From a virus (taxonomy: Duplodnaviria > Caudoviricetes): a stretch of DNA of 58,071 bases. The translations under genes were made by a program, and so were the position numbers. The stretch's first letter is position 1. The number at the start of each line of letters is the position of its first letter. Below, piece by piece: positions 26,229 to 36,205 of this stretch. The stretch covers positions 1 through 58,071 of IMG/VR virus record IMGVR_UViG_3300034062_006549; one strand, written 5' to 3'. The notes under the pieces are model-generated. The model saw only the letters and a list, made by a program, of their open reading frames with translations, ran no database searches and was not told the DNA's origin.

Positions 26229-28244
26229 ATGAGTTGTAATTGTATTCTACCATTTATGGTAAATGCTGCCGGTAATGGTTGTGAACAAATAACTATAACC
26301 TCAGCAACTATACCACCAATTTTAAGTACTGCAGTATTTCCAACCACAACAAGTGGTAGGTGGGGTACTATGGGTATTGTAGTATATGAAGATATTACCA
26401 ATTTACCAAAACCAATAATATTATCATCAGATATAAGTAATGGTGGTGTATCAACTAGATCAAACCAATCACTAAAAAAATGTACTTTTTTCAGACATAG
26501 TGGTAACCCTTTACAAGGATTCCAAACTAACATTTTAAGTTTACAAGTTGGTGGTCCTGGTTATGGATTTGCTCAAGATTTAATAAATCCTCCAACTTTT
26601 TATGGTCCTGCTATTGAACGGGGAGTTATTGATACTACAGCTGCTGGTTGTAATACGAGTTGTTATCCATCGTATGCACGTACTTGGGGAAATCAATATG
26701 GATGGAATTCAAGTGGTGCAATATGTGGTCCGACATGTAGAGCAGGAAGATTGGGTAAAGCAGGTATATGGGGATCGGGTTTAGGTTTAAACAATTGGGT
26801 TGGTTTTGTTAGTTGTATTACTTTAGCTTCTACTCAAACAATATACATTGGTATGGCCGCTGATGATGATTTTAGATTTTATTTAAATAGTCAATTATTG
26901 GTTGAGGGTGTTTCACCATCATCTATTGCAGGTTTAACCGCCTATGGATTGACCCAAGTTATAGGTGTTTCAACTTCCTTAAATTGGAACGTATTTCCAA
27001 TTACTCTACAAGCGGGTACTTACACATTTTCACTTGAAGCAAGAAATCTTGCTTCTGATGGTATATTAGGTGCCGAAATATATACTAATGTTAATGATGT
27101 TCAGGATTTCAGAACTATGACTGTTCAGGCAGGACCGAATTCTATTTCAAATTATTTAGCTTTTTCAACATTAAATAGAATTGGCCTACCATTTCAATCA
27201 GGCCAAATAACTTGTCCTAATGGATTCTTCCTAACTAATTGTGGTGGTGAAATAAGATGTCAAAGAATTACGACAACAGCTTGTGCTGCTCCACCACCAT
27301 CACCTTCACCAACGCCAACAATAACACCAACACCTACTAAGACACCAACAAGAACACCAACTCCAACACCCACTAAAACTATAACACCAACGCCTACTCA
27401 AACACCTGGTGCTTCGCCAACGCCTACACCATCCATAACACCAACGATAACACCAACAATTACACCAACGATTACACCAACGTCATCTGCAACTCCAACT
27501 CCAACACCGACACCAGTGTATGATTATTTGCAATTTGGTTATGTTCAGGCAAATGAATGTGATGTTATTACAATTTACCCTATGGGTGTAAGTTGTATTA
27601 CAACACCTGTTACAGGAAAACCAGGTAATTCAAATGGTATTATTGAGTTATCAATAACTGGGGGTACTTTACCATATACCATAACTATGACCGATTCAAA
27701 TGGTGTATCATCATTAGTTGGTCAAGTCGTTTATAATTTACCTGCAGGTACGTATAGTTTTGTTATTGTTGATTATTTCAGTGATTTTACTGCAACAACA
27801 ACTTGCACAATTGAAGCTCCAACTCTTCCACCAACTCCAACACCTACACCATCAAATGTACCTGTAACTTGTTTCTGTATGAAATTTAATATATGGACTT
27901 GTTCTAAGACAGCTTCGGATTCTGTTGTTCTTACAAGAACATTCTGTCAGACTATTGATGTATTTGGAGAACCTGCTTGGTTATCAAATACTGGAACTGA
28001 ATTAATATATTTTGATAGTACTGATAATAGATATGAAATGTCGGGTTCAACATCAAGTATTATAAATAGTACACCATTTTTAAGTACGGTAGGTATTCCT
28101 TGTAATAGTATATTTAATACTATTGCTCAACCAAATTCACCAACATTATTTGACGAAATAACCACACAAAGTAATTGGTCTTTAATAAATAATGTTGCAG
28201 GAAATAAATCTCTGAATTGTAAAATAAACTCAGGTAGTTGTTAA
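26229..28244 (+). CDS. Cys-rich virion fibre/adhesin with PA14-like domain, long (PT)n stalk and SprB-like repeat
   Basis: Paralog of 20899..22962 (YEDITNL, GRL..AGIW, W.GF..C, WxVFPITL, AEIY); [14 protein letters not shown]; TATTTAT at 26206-26212. Confidence 0.7.
   Translation: MSCNCILPFMVNAAGNGCEQITITSATIPPILSTAVFPTTTSGRWGTMGIVVYEDITNLPKPIILSSDISNGGVSTRSNQSLKKCTFFRHSGNPLQGFQTNILSLQVGGPGYGFAQDLINPPTFYGPAIERGVIDTTAAGCNTSCYPSYARTWGNQYGWNSSGAICGPTCRAGRLGKAGIWGSGLGLNNWVGFVSCITLASTQTIYIGMAADDDFRFYLNSQLLVEGVSPSSIAGLTAYGLTQVIGVSTSLNWNVFPITLQAGTYTFSLEARNLASDGILGAEIYTNVNDVQDFRTMTVQAGPNSISNYLAFSTLNRIGLPFQSGQITCPNGFFLTNCGGEIRCQRITTTACAAPPPSPSPTPTITPTPTKTPTRTPTPTPTKTITPTPTQTPGASPTPTPSITPTITPTITPTITPTSSATPTPTPTPVYDYLQFGYVQANECDVITIYPMGVSCITTPVTGKPGNSNGIIELSITGGTLPYTITMTDSNGVSSLVGQVVYNLPAGTYSFVIVDYFSDFTATTTCTIEAPTLPPTPTPTPSNVPVTCFCMKFNIWTCSKTASDSVVLTRTFCQTIDVFGEPAWLSNTGTELIYFDSTDNRYEMSGSTSSIINSTPFLSTVGIPCNSIFNTIAQPNSPTLFDEITTQSNWSLINNVAGNKSLNCKINSGSC
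27290..27520 (+). repeat. coding (ACN-CCN)n low-complexity repeat: Pro/Thr stalk
   Basis: Encodes [26 protein letters not shown]...; similar tracts near 22070-22310, 22620-22700 and 29570-29765. Confidence 0.9.
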
Positions 28245-28248
28245 TATT

Positions 28249-28974
28249 ATGCCTATATTCAATACTATAACTCTTAATCAAACAAATTGTTCTTGTGATG
28301 CAGGAATAACAATTAACACAAGTGGTGGAAATCCACCTTACTCATATTCAATTGATGGTGGTATATCCTTTAGAAATTCCCCAATATTTACAAATATGTG
28401 TTCGGGAAATTACGTTGTAATTGTAAAAGATGTGAGTGGAGAAACATCAAATAATTTTATAACAATCAATCCACCACAAGATAAGATTGCATATAATGTT
28501 TATTTATCAACTTCAGAAAAAATAACACAAGAATCAAATAATTTTGTTTCAAAACAATACATAACAACATTAAATTTCTTTCCAACATTACCTGATAATG
28601 TTTCAGTAACTTTTGATTTAATACATTCAAATATTCAAAAGTCAGGACCTAATGATTACTCATTCTCATCAACAACAACATCAGTTTTGGATATCAATAT
28701 GGTAACAACCTCAAATTCATATTCAGGTTCAACAACTGGTTTGACAAATAATTTGAATAGTGGTTGTCAGAGTGAAAATGTATATATAACAACATTTATG
28801 GAGGGTTGGAATTCATTAACGATGACGAATAGTGATTCATTTGTATTATCAACAACAACAAATCTATATAAAAACGAAACTATACTATGTTACATTGGTA
28901 CAAGTGATGAATATTTTTCAATTTCGAATTTAAGTATAAGTGGTTGTACTTGTTGTACAATTGTGACATCATAA
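28249..28974 (+). CDS. SprB-repeat structural protein
   Basis: C..AGITINTSGGNPPYSYSIDGG...FTNMCSGNYVVIVKD. Confidence 0.7.
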   Translation: MPIFNTITLNQTNCSCDAGITINTSGGNPPYSYSIDGGISFRNSPIFTNMCSGNYVVIVKDVSGETSNNFITINPPQDKIAYNVYLSTSEKITQESNNFVSKQYITTLNFFPTLPDNVSVTFDLIHSNIQKSGPNDYSFSSTTTSVLDINMVTTSNSYSGSTTGLTNNLNSGCQSENVYITTFMEGWNSLTMTNSDSFVLSTTTNLYKNETILCYIGTSDEYFSISNLSISGCTCCTIVTS

Positions 28975-29000
28975 AAAAACAAGACTATATATTTATAGGC

Positions 29001-32000
29001 ATGGGATATATTATAAAAAATACGGCAGGACTTATAAATACCAGGATGACAGATGCTGGTAGACAAAAATTATCACAAGGAAATTTTAACATTACTTATT
29101 TCCAAGTTGGTGATAGTGAAGTAACATATACAGCAATACCAAACTATAATCCAACAAACTTTTTTGTGTTAGAACCAAGTTTTAATGCCCAAAATACCTC
29201 AGGTGCTCCACAATCCAACAAACAAAATGTAAAATATCCTTTTTATGTTGATGGGGATAAAGGTAACACTTATGGTATTGCGAATATGAACTCAATAGTT
29301 AGTCCAATTTATAATACTGCAGCTGAAAGAGGTTTTTTCCAAGGTACAAGTATAAAAGGAACTAATGATTACAATTGGAGTGCTTTAACTAATAATTTGT
29401 ATGCTATAAATTCAAATTATGTAGTTCAAATGAACACCTTAACTGGTGGTACAACTATCGATATTATATTTGATAGTTGTAATCCATCTTCTGTTAGAAA
29501 TATTGCTGTTGGTGATTTGATTACAATATATTACGATGGTAATGGTCTTTATGATTGTAATTGTTCAAATTTTCCAACACCAACTCCTACGCCAACAATA
29601 AGTGTTACACCAACAAGTTCTCCATTAGTACCTGTTAGTCCAACACCAACTCCATCAACAACGAACACAAATCCTTGTGCTTCTCCAACACCTACACCAA
29701 CACCATCAGCAACTTTTTGTCCAACACCTACACCAAGTAATCCTTGTCCTCAACCACCACCACCTGATTGTGTTGTGAGTATGAGTAGTTGTTATCCTAT
29801 TTTGACATATAAAGTTGTTAATGTTTGTTTTAATACAATAACATTAGACAGAGTAACTCCTGATTATTCTTATTTGAGCGGTAATTGTTATGGTAGATTA
29901 ATTGTATATCCACCTAATATGACATCATTGTATGATAGTATTACACCATCTAATCATTGGAGTGATAGTGTTATAAATTTTGAGTCGGTTTGTTATACTG
30001 ACCAATTCAATGTTAATATTTGGAATATGAATATTCCTTGGTCTGAAAATCCAGCAGGATTAGACCCATCTACATATAAAGATTATACAACTTTTGGTTC
30101 AAGAAATTACTTGGGTTCAAAAGAATATTTTGGTTATGCTTCAAGTTCAGGACAAACTGATACCGATTCAACATATTATTTCAATTCATTTGATGAGAAA
30201 ATTGTAGTTAGCCCTGAAGACCAAAAAGCTATTGCAATAATTCATTATACAAATCAAACGATTGATTTATTCTATGGTGAAAAATTTGCATTGGAACCAT
30301 TTGATATCTCAGTTGATGACACCACAGGTCAAGCAAGAAACTTTAAATTACATATTCCTTGGATAATGTGGCATAAGAATCCTGAATGTTGTTATGGTCA
30401 AACATTTTGGGTTGATCCCCCAGGTTTTGATGGTTTAAATTTATTTCAAGTTCATTATTTGAAATCATCCAAAAATGGAGATATGAATGACCCTGGTATA
30501 AGATATTATCATCTTTGGGATACAAATCCAAATGAAAATGCAAGTGGTTTTGGGTTAAAAGCAAGTCAAAGTCAAGTTGCAATTGGTACACCAAATAGAG
30601 TTGGTAAGGTATTCCCAGATTCTCATTTGATTGTAATTGATGATGAAGAATTAATTGCTGCGTTATCTTATAAATCAAATAGAAACTGGACATTACCCGC
30701 ACCACAAGTTTCGTTAATAACACCAAATACTTGTGGTATTGATAATACTTCAACTATTGGGGTTTTGACTAGTTCAACTGAATATATGTATGTTACATAT
30801 AGATTATCAAATAGTACAATATTTACAGATTATCTTCATTGTAATTATTATAGCCCTATTCAAGGTCCTAATATTACTTGTACTCCATTAACTTCTCAAA
30901 ATGTTGCAATAAGATTTGGGGATGAATTTAGATGTTTAGGTTATCCTGAAACACCGATAGTACCATATGATACTTGTTATTTAACAGGTTTTACTATGTA
31001 TGTTGTTCAAGCCCCTGAGGTGTACATTGGAGCTTTCTTTGTGCCAACAGGTAATTTTTTAAATGGTCAACCAATTTTCTATAGTCCAATATTTTCACTT
31101 AATATATATTATGATGGTAGTCAATGGTTATTAAATCAAACAACTCAAATTGATGATTTAGTAATTTTTAATACACCATCACCTATTGGTGACTTTGATT
31201 TAGGAGACGCCTCAACAGGTTTTACTATTTGTGAATCAGGTTCACCGATATGTGTTGAGACTTGTTTCCAAAATGAGTCTTGTACTCAAGAAATTTTACC
31301 AAAATATTTAGTGTATGGTGATACGATTTATAATAATGGATTTTTTGGTACAATAGAGTATAGTGCCTCAACATCTGAATGGGTTGTTGTTTCATCTGAT
31401 ACTATTACAATCTTAGCCACATTAGCAGGTTTAACCGAAAATGATGTACCTTCATCAAGTAGTTGGACGATAATTGAACCAACTCTTACTGGTATTACAA
31501 CGACAGAAGGTTATTGTAGTATTGGTTGTCAATGTGTTAGTTATACGGGTGATAATGCTACTAATATATTAAAATATATGGATTGTAATGGGGTTATAAG
31601 TGATGAAATTCCATTATCAATTGGTGAAGTTTATAGTGCTTGTACATTAGAAATACTCGATTCATATTTTTTCAGTAATCCAATTGGTTCAACTAGTTTT
31701 TCCGCTTGTGCTGAAACTTGTCCAACAACTACAACAACAACAACTTGTCCTCCAGCTTGTGACTTAACTTCAAAATATTACGCAGACACATTTGAAATTA
31801 TTTGTCAGAAAGTAGGTCCTAATGAAAGACCAAATTCCAGTGAATGGAGAGTTATTGATTTTACTAATCAATTAAGTGCTTCAACCATTAATGGTTTTAT
31901 TACACCCGAATCATTATCTGCAACTACGTTTGTAATAACAAATGATGATTATGAAAATGCACCTAACTATAGTTTGAATTATTTAGGTTTACCTTCTGCT

Positions 32001-32282
32001 GGTTCAACTGGAACAAGTCTGAATTTTGGTGATGAATATTATTTCTATGGTAATTTAGAAACTGATATTCAAGCTACAATTTATGAAATGAGATATAAAG
32101 TAAATTTAGGTGCAACTGAATTCTTAGCATCATCTAATCCAACTTGGTCTTCAGGTATTCAACCACACGTTAGCGAAATAGGACTTTACGATTCTGATAA
32201 AAATCTTATGATTATATCAAAATTGCAATCACCATATCCAAGAACTGGTGTACAACAATTTTTAATAAAATTCGATTTTTAA
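29001..32282 (+). CDS. large tail-fibre attachment/baseplate protein (P2 gpH N-domain/DUF3751-like termini)
   Basis: N-terminal MTDAGRQKL...ITYFQVGD and C-terminal SEIGLYD...LMIISKLQSP; internal PT tract; start moved to ATG 29001 after TATTTAT (28990-28996). Confidence 0.7.
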   Translation: MGYIIKNTAGLINTRMTDAGRQKLSQGNFNITYFQVGDSEVTYTAIPNYNPTNFFVLEPSFNAQNTSGAPQSNKQNVKYPFYVDGDKGNTYGIANMNSIVSPIYNTAAERGFFQGTSIKGTNDYNWSALTNNLYAINSNYVVQMNTLTGGTTIDIIFDSCNPSSVRNIAVGDLITIYYDGNGLYDCNCSNFPTPTPTPTISVTPTSSPLVPVSPTPTPSTTNTNPCASPTPTPTPSATFCPTPTPSNPCPQPPPPDCVVSMSSCYPILTYKVVNVCFNTITLDRVTPDYSYLSGNCYGRLIVYPPNMTSLYDSITPSNHWSDSVINFESVCYTDQFNVNIWNMNIPWSENPAGLDPSTYKDYTTFGSRNYLGSKEYFGYASSSGQTDTDSTYYFNSFDEKIVVSPEDQKAIAIIHYTNQTIDLFYGEKFALEPFDISVDDTTGQARNFKLHIPWIMWHKNPECCYGQTFWVDPPGFDGLNLFQVHYLKSSKNGDMNDPGIRYYHLWDTNPNENASGFGLKASQSQVAIGTPNRVGKVFPDSHLIVIDDEELIAALSYKSNRNWTLPAPQVSLITPNTCGIDNTSTIGVLTSSTEYMYVTYRLSNSTIFTDYLHCNYYSPIQGPNITCTPLTSQNVAIRFGDEFRCLGYPETPIVPYDTCYLTGFTMYVVQAPEVYIGAFFVPTGNFLNGQPIFYSPIFSLNIYYDGSQWLLNQTTQIDDLVIFNTPSPIGDFDLGDASTGFTICESGSPICVETCFQNESCTQEILPKYLVYGDTIYNNGFFGTIEYSASTSEWVVVSSDTITILATLAGLTENDVPSSSSWTIIEPTLTGITTTEGYCSIGCQCVSYTGDNATNILKYMDCNGVISDEIPLSIGEVYSACTLEILDSYFFSNPIGSTSFSACAETCPTTTTTTTCPPACDLTSKYYADTFEIICQKVGPNERPNSSEWRVIDFTNQLSASTINGFITPESLSATTFVITNDDYENAPNYSLNYLGLPSAGSTGTSLNFGDEYYFYGNLETDIQATIYEMRYKVNLGATEFLASSNPTWSSGIQPHVSEIGLYDSDKNLMIISKLQSPYPRTGVQQFLIKFDF

Positions 32283-32288
32283 TCATAT

Positions 32289-32888
32289 ATGAAAAACGAC
32301 TTACAAGAAAGCCCGAAAATTTTAGGGTTAGATGTTTCAACTAAAACAATTGGTTGGGCATTATTTGATGTTAATAGTAAAGAACTATTAGAACTTACTC
32401 ATATTTCACCAATATCAAAAAATAAAACTCTAAATAAAATGGAGGATTTATTTTTGAAAACTGAAATTTTTAGGACTAAACTTGAAAAGTATGATGAATT
32501 AAATATTACTAAAGTTATTATAGAAGAACCACTACTTAATAGTAATAATGTTCATACAATACAAATTTTGATGCGATATAATACTTTAATTTCAAAAGAA
32601 GTTTATGATGTTTTGGGAATTGTACCTGAATACATTTCAACGTATAATTCAAGAAAAAATGCTTTCCCTTGGTTAGTAAAAGATAATGGGAAAGGAAAAT
32701 TTGTTCTGTTTGGGGGATTTCCAAAAGATTGTGATAAAAAACAAATTATTTGGGAACAAGTTGCAAAAAGAGAACCTCAAATAAATTGGACTTACACAAG
32801 GAATAACACACTAAAAAAAGAAAATTTTGATATGACTGATGCCTATTGTTGTGTATTAGGATATATGAAACAAGAAAACTTATGGTAA
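32289..32888 (+). CDS. RuvC-like Holliday junction resolvase
   Basis: ILGLDVSTKTIGWA, VIIEEP, K, DMTDAY. Confidence 0.88.
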   Translation: MKNDLQESPKILGLDVSTKTIGWALFDVNSKELLELTHISPISKNKTLNKMEDLFLKTEIFRTKLEKYDELNITKVIIEEPLLNSNNVHTIQILMRYNTLISKEVYDVLGIVPEYISTYNSRKNAFPWLVKDNGKGKFVLFGGFPKDCDKKQIIWEQVAKREPQINWTYTRNNTLKKENFDMTDAYCCVLGYMKQENLW

Positions 32889-32892
32889 AATT

Positions 32893-32920
32893 AAACCCCA
32901 CTTTTTAGGTGGGGTTTTTT
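32893..32920. terminator. bidirectional intrinsic terminator between convergent units
   Basis: AAACCCCAC-7 nt-GTGGGGTTTTTT. Confidence 0.85.
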
Positions 32921-32923
32921 CTT

Positions 32924-35900
32924 TTATGGTACGGCAATATCTCCAACAAATGTCCAAGTATAACTTGCAATTATATTAGACCTTGCTACGTCTGCTGTAC
33001 TACCTATCTGATATTGTAATCCATTAACACCAAGAATAACATTTGGTTGTAATGATGGTAATGAATTCCAACCAATAAGAAGATTTTCGTAATTAGTTTG
33101 ACTCATATTACATCCATCAAACATAAAACCACCACCTTGTAACGCAGATACATTCCAAGTACTTAAGTCTTGGTCAAAAGAAGTTGCATTATTGAACATT
33201 CCTGGAGCTGAGATAAGATTAATAACATTCCAATTGTTCAATGTTTGATTGAATGACGTTGCTCCATTAAACATATCATTTGAACTTGTCACATTTGATA
33301 CATTCCAACTATTTAATGGTTGATTAAAGGATGTTGCCCCTTGGAACATAGCACCAATTTGTGTATTATTTCCCATATCCCAATTACTAATATCTTGGTT
33401 GAATGTCGTTGCAAATATAAACATTCTTGTTGTATCTGTGACTGAAGAAGTGTTCCAATTATTTAATGGTTGATTATACAATGTACATCCTCTGAACATA
33501 CTATTGATAGTAGTTACGTTTTCCATATTCCAACTTTCAATATTATCATCAAATGAAGTAGCATCTCTAAAAGTTGCAAACATATTTGTTATAGTTGATG
33601 TGTCCCAATATTCAACATTATTGATTGTTGTTAATAATGAACACCCTCTGAAAGTATTTAATAAAGTGGTACAATTTGTTAAATCCAAAAAGTCAGTTAC
33701 ACCTGATAAATTCAAATTATAACATCCATAAAAATGACCACCAGTATTACCTAATTCCAAAATACCCCATTGTATAACATCGGTCATTTTTTCTTCATCC
33801 CCACTATTATTGAATGTCCAACCTGATAATTGACCATTAATTTGAATTACATATTTGTCATTTACACTATAGGTATGAGTTGTCAATGGATCATTCCAAG
33901 TATTAATTATATCAATATTTCCATCTCCCCAATCAACTTCAAAATCGTAAACTCCTCCAGATTCTAATGGAAGGGTAAAGTTACCAATTCCTGACACCCC
34001 AGCGAAATTTACATCAACTTCAAAAATAAATGGTACAACAACAGGACTTCCACATTCTTCACAACTAATATCATAATTTATTATCAGATTAACCGTTAGA
34101 TTTGCATCAATAATAAAAATTTCAGGATTACAAATTGTACTTACACTTATTGTGTTTGTGGCAGGATTTACAATAACACTTTCAATCTCAGTATATGATT
34201 CTAATACAGTTTTAAGTGTTTCATAAAAATATTCATCTGATGGAAAATCAGTAATACCTGAACTGATATAAATTCCTAATCCTTGTACATTTCCATTGAG
34301 ATTCGCTTCTAAATAAAATGATGCCAAATTTATAACACAATTGGTATCACCTGATGTTAAATCGTGAAAACCTTCAATTAACATTTGTTCAGGACCTCTT
34401 CGTATCAATGTTCCATCACTTGAAAGTTGATTCTCACAAAGTGTGAATAATTCAAATGAAGATATTTTATTATATCCCAATAATGTTGTAGTTCTACTTC
34501 TAACACATCCATTATCATCAGTTATTGATAAAGAATATGTTCCTGCTGTTAAACCACTTATTGTAGAACCAGTTTGACCACCAACGTTAGAACTCCAATT
34601 TAAAATAAATGGTGGCTCTCCTGCAGTTATAAATGCAGTAATTTCACCATCATTACCATTTTCTACATTTGTGGATGATAAATAAAAATCAATTGTATTT
34701 GATGGGTCTATTACAAATCCAACAGATTGTTGACATAAATTAGTATCTGTAACACTTGCCGTATAATTTCCTGATGGTAAATTTGTAAAAGTAAATGAAG
34801 TACCAGTAACCCCAAAGATAATACTTGAGTCTATTTCAAATTTATACGGTGGTGTTCCACCTGATGTAATCGTTAAGGTAACTGAACCGTTTGTATTATC
34901 ACAAGTAGTACCAGTTGTTGATGTTGATAATGTAAATAAACTTGTATTTGATATTGTAACTGATTGTGTGAAAACACAAGGTCCTCCATCAGATATTGTT
35001 AAAGTGTATGTTCCTGATGGTAGATTATTAAAACTATAACTTTTAATGGTACCAGGTGTTGTATCAGTAATTGTCTGAGTATTACCTGAAGAGTCTACTA
35101 ATGTATAGATAAAAGGACCACTACCACCTAAAAAGTTGAAATTAATTGTACCACTACTATTATTACAAGTTGAGTTAGTAGTCGATACTAATATTGTTGA
35201 AAATGAATTAGGTGTATTTAAAAATGTTGATCCGTTAACTGTACATAAACCAGCATCAGTAACCAATACCGAAAAAGCACCTGCTGCTAAACCTGTAAAA
35301 GTATGAGAAGTACTAAATGTAATTTCAACAGCACCATTTGAACCTGAATAATAATAAGGGGCTGTTCCACCAGTAACAATAATAGTTATCTCACCATCAG
35401 AGGCGAAACAAGTTGGGTTGACTGCGGTAAAGGTACCTATTCCAAAATCTTGAGCTGAAATAATATTTGTTCCCAAACTTTGTACACAACCCGAACCATC
35501 TGTAACATTTACACTATAAAATCCATCAGTCAAACCAGTAATAAATGATGTTGTTTCACCATTTGGTGACCAAGAATATGTATATGGTGGTGTACCTGTT
35601 AATCCTGTAATATATATAGCACCTGAATTAAAAGCACAAGCTGCGTTGTTAATAGTGTAAAAACCAAAATTTAATGTTGATGAACTTTTAATTATACAAC
35701 TTTCAGTTTTACCAGTACACCCTCCACCATCATCTGCTATAACATAATAAGTTCCTGCGGATAAATTAGTAAATGTAATACTATAATCTAATACAGAACC
35801 TGAAGTAACTAAACCACTATTAAGTTCGTATAAATAAAATTCATTTACATCATAATAGTTTGTTGTTGTTGCGGTAATACTTCCGTTTACTTGATTACAA

Positions 35901-36205
35901 GTAGTATTTTCAATGTCCGTTATAGATACACAAGTTCCCGAAGAAATATAAATACTAATAGGTTGAATTGTGTTAAATGGGACACAGCTATCGATTATTT
36001 CAAATTGATACGTACCTGCACTCAAACTATCAAGTGAGTAAGTTGTTGATGAACCTAAAGCGACCGCAGTTCCACCTGAAGGACTAACCCAATAAATTAA
36101 GTATGAGGGTGCTGAACCTGTGAATTGGAGTTCAAACGCCCCTGAACTGGTATTGGAACAATCACCAGTAATACTTATTGATTCTATATTTAAATAACAA
36201 GACAT
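32924..36205 (-). CDS. fibre/adhesin: tandem SprB-like repeats plus C-terminal DUF285/BspA-type repeats
   Basis: About 7 repeats of C...G.I.....GGTPPY...FTNL.AGTY.V.VTD..GC; VDWGDG; repeats of FNQPLNSWNVSNVT...MF. Confidence 0.82.
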   Translation of the reverse strand: MSCYLNIESISITGDCSNTSSGAFELQFTGSAPSYLIYWVSPSGGTAVALGSSTTYSLDSLSAGTYQFEIIDSCVPFNTIQPISIYISSGTCVSITDIENTTCNQVNGSITATTTNYYDVNEFYLYELNSGLVTSGSVLDYSITFTNLSAGTYYVIADDGGGCTGKTESCIIKSSSTLNFGFYTINNAACAFNSGAIYITGLTGTPPYTYSWSPNGETTSFITGLTDGFYSVNVTDGSGCVQSLGTNIISAQDFGIGTFTAVNPTCFASDGEITIIVTGGTAPYYYSGSNGAVEITFSTSHTFTGLAAGAFSVLVTDAGLCTVNGSTFLNTPNSFSTILVSTTNSTCNNSSGTINFNFLGGSGPFIYTLVDSSGNTQTITDTTPGTIKSYSFNNLPSGTYTLTISDGGPCVFTQSVTISNTSLFTLSTSTTGTTCDNTNGSVTLTITSGGTPPYKFEIDSSIIFGVTGTSFTFTNLPSGNYTASVTDTNLCQQSVGFVIDPSNTIDFYLSSTNVENGNDGEITAFITAGEPPFILNWSSNVGGQTGSTISGLTAGTYSLSITDDNGCVRSRTTTLLGYNKISSFELFTLCENQLSSDGTLIRRGPEQMLIEGFHDLTSGDTNCVINLASFYLEANLNGNVQGLGIYISSGITDFPSDEYFYETLKTVLESYTEIESVIVNPATNTISVSTICNPEIFIIDANLTVNLIINYDISCEECGSPVVVPFIFEVDVNFAGVSGIGNFTLPLESGGVYDFEVDWGDGNIDIINTWNDPLTTHTYSVNDKYVIQINGQLSGWTFNNSGDEEKMTDVIQWGILELGNTGGHFYGCYNLNLSGVTDFLDLTNCTTLLNTFRGCSLLTTINNVEYWDTSTITNMFATFRDATSFDDNIESWNMENVTTINSMFRGCTLYNQPLNNWNTSSVTDTTRMFIFATTFNQDISNWDMGNNTQIGAMFQGATSFNQPLNSWNVSNVTSSNDMFNGATSFNQTLNNWNVINLISAPGMFNNATSFDQDLSTWNVSALQGGGFMFDGCNMSQTNYENLLIGWNSLPSLQPNVILGVNGLQYQIGSTADVARSNIIASYTWTFVGDIAVP

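Noticed and set aside
22070-29765. ACACCA-type tandem repeats as a CRISPR array or DNA satellite
   Set aside because: No constant repeat with unique spacers; third codon positions vary, so selection is on the Pro/Thr peptide
33150-33700. Diversity-generating retroelement target in the DUF285 repeats
   Set aside because: No reverse transcriptase and no template/variable repeat pair differing only at adenines was seen in this window
20899-36205. Host T9SS-secreted proteins or the host D-(S/T) periplasmic O-glycosylation pathway as the explanation
   Set aside because: No signal peptides or T9SS C-terminal domains are present, so the proteins should not reach the periplasm; the recurring motif is also different from D-(S/T)-(A/I/L/V/M/T)
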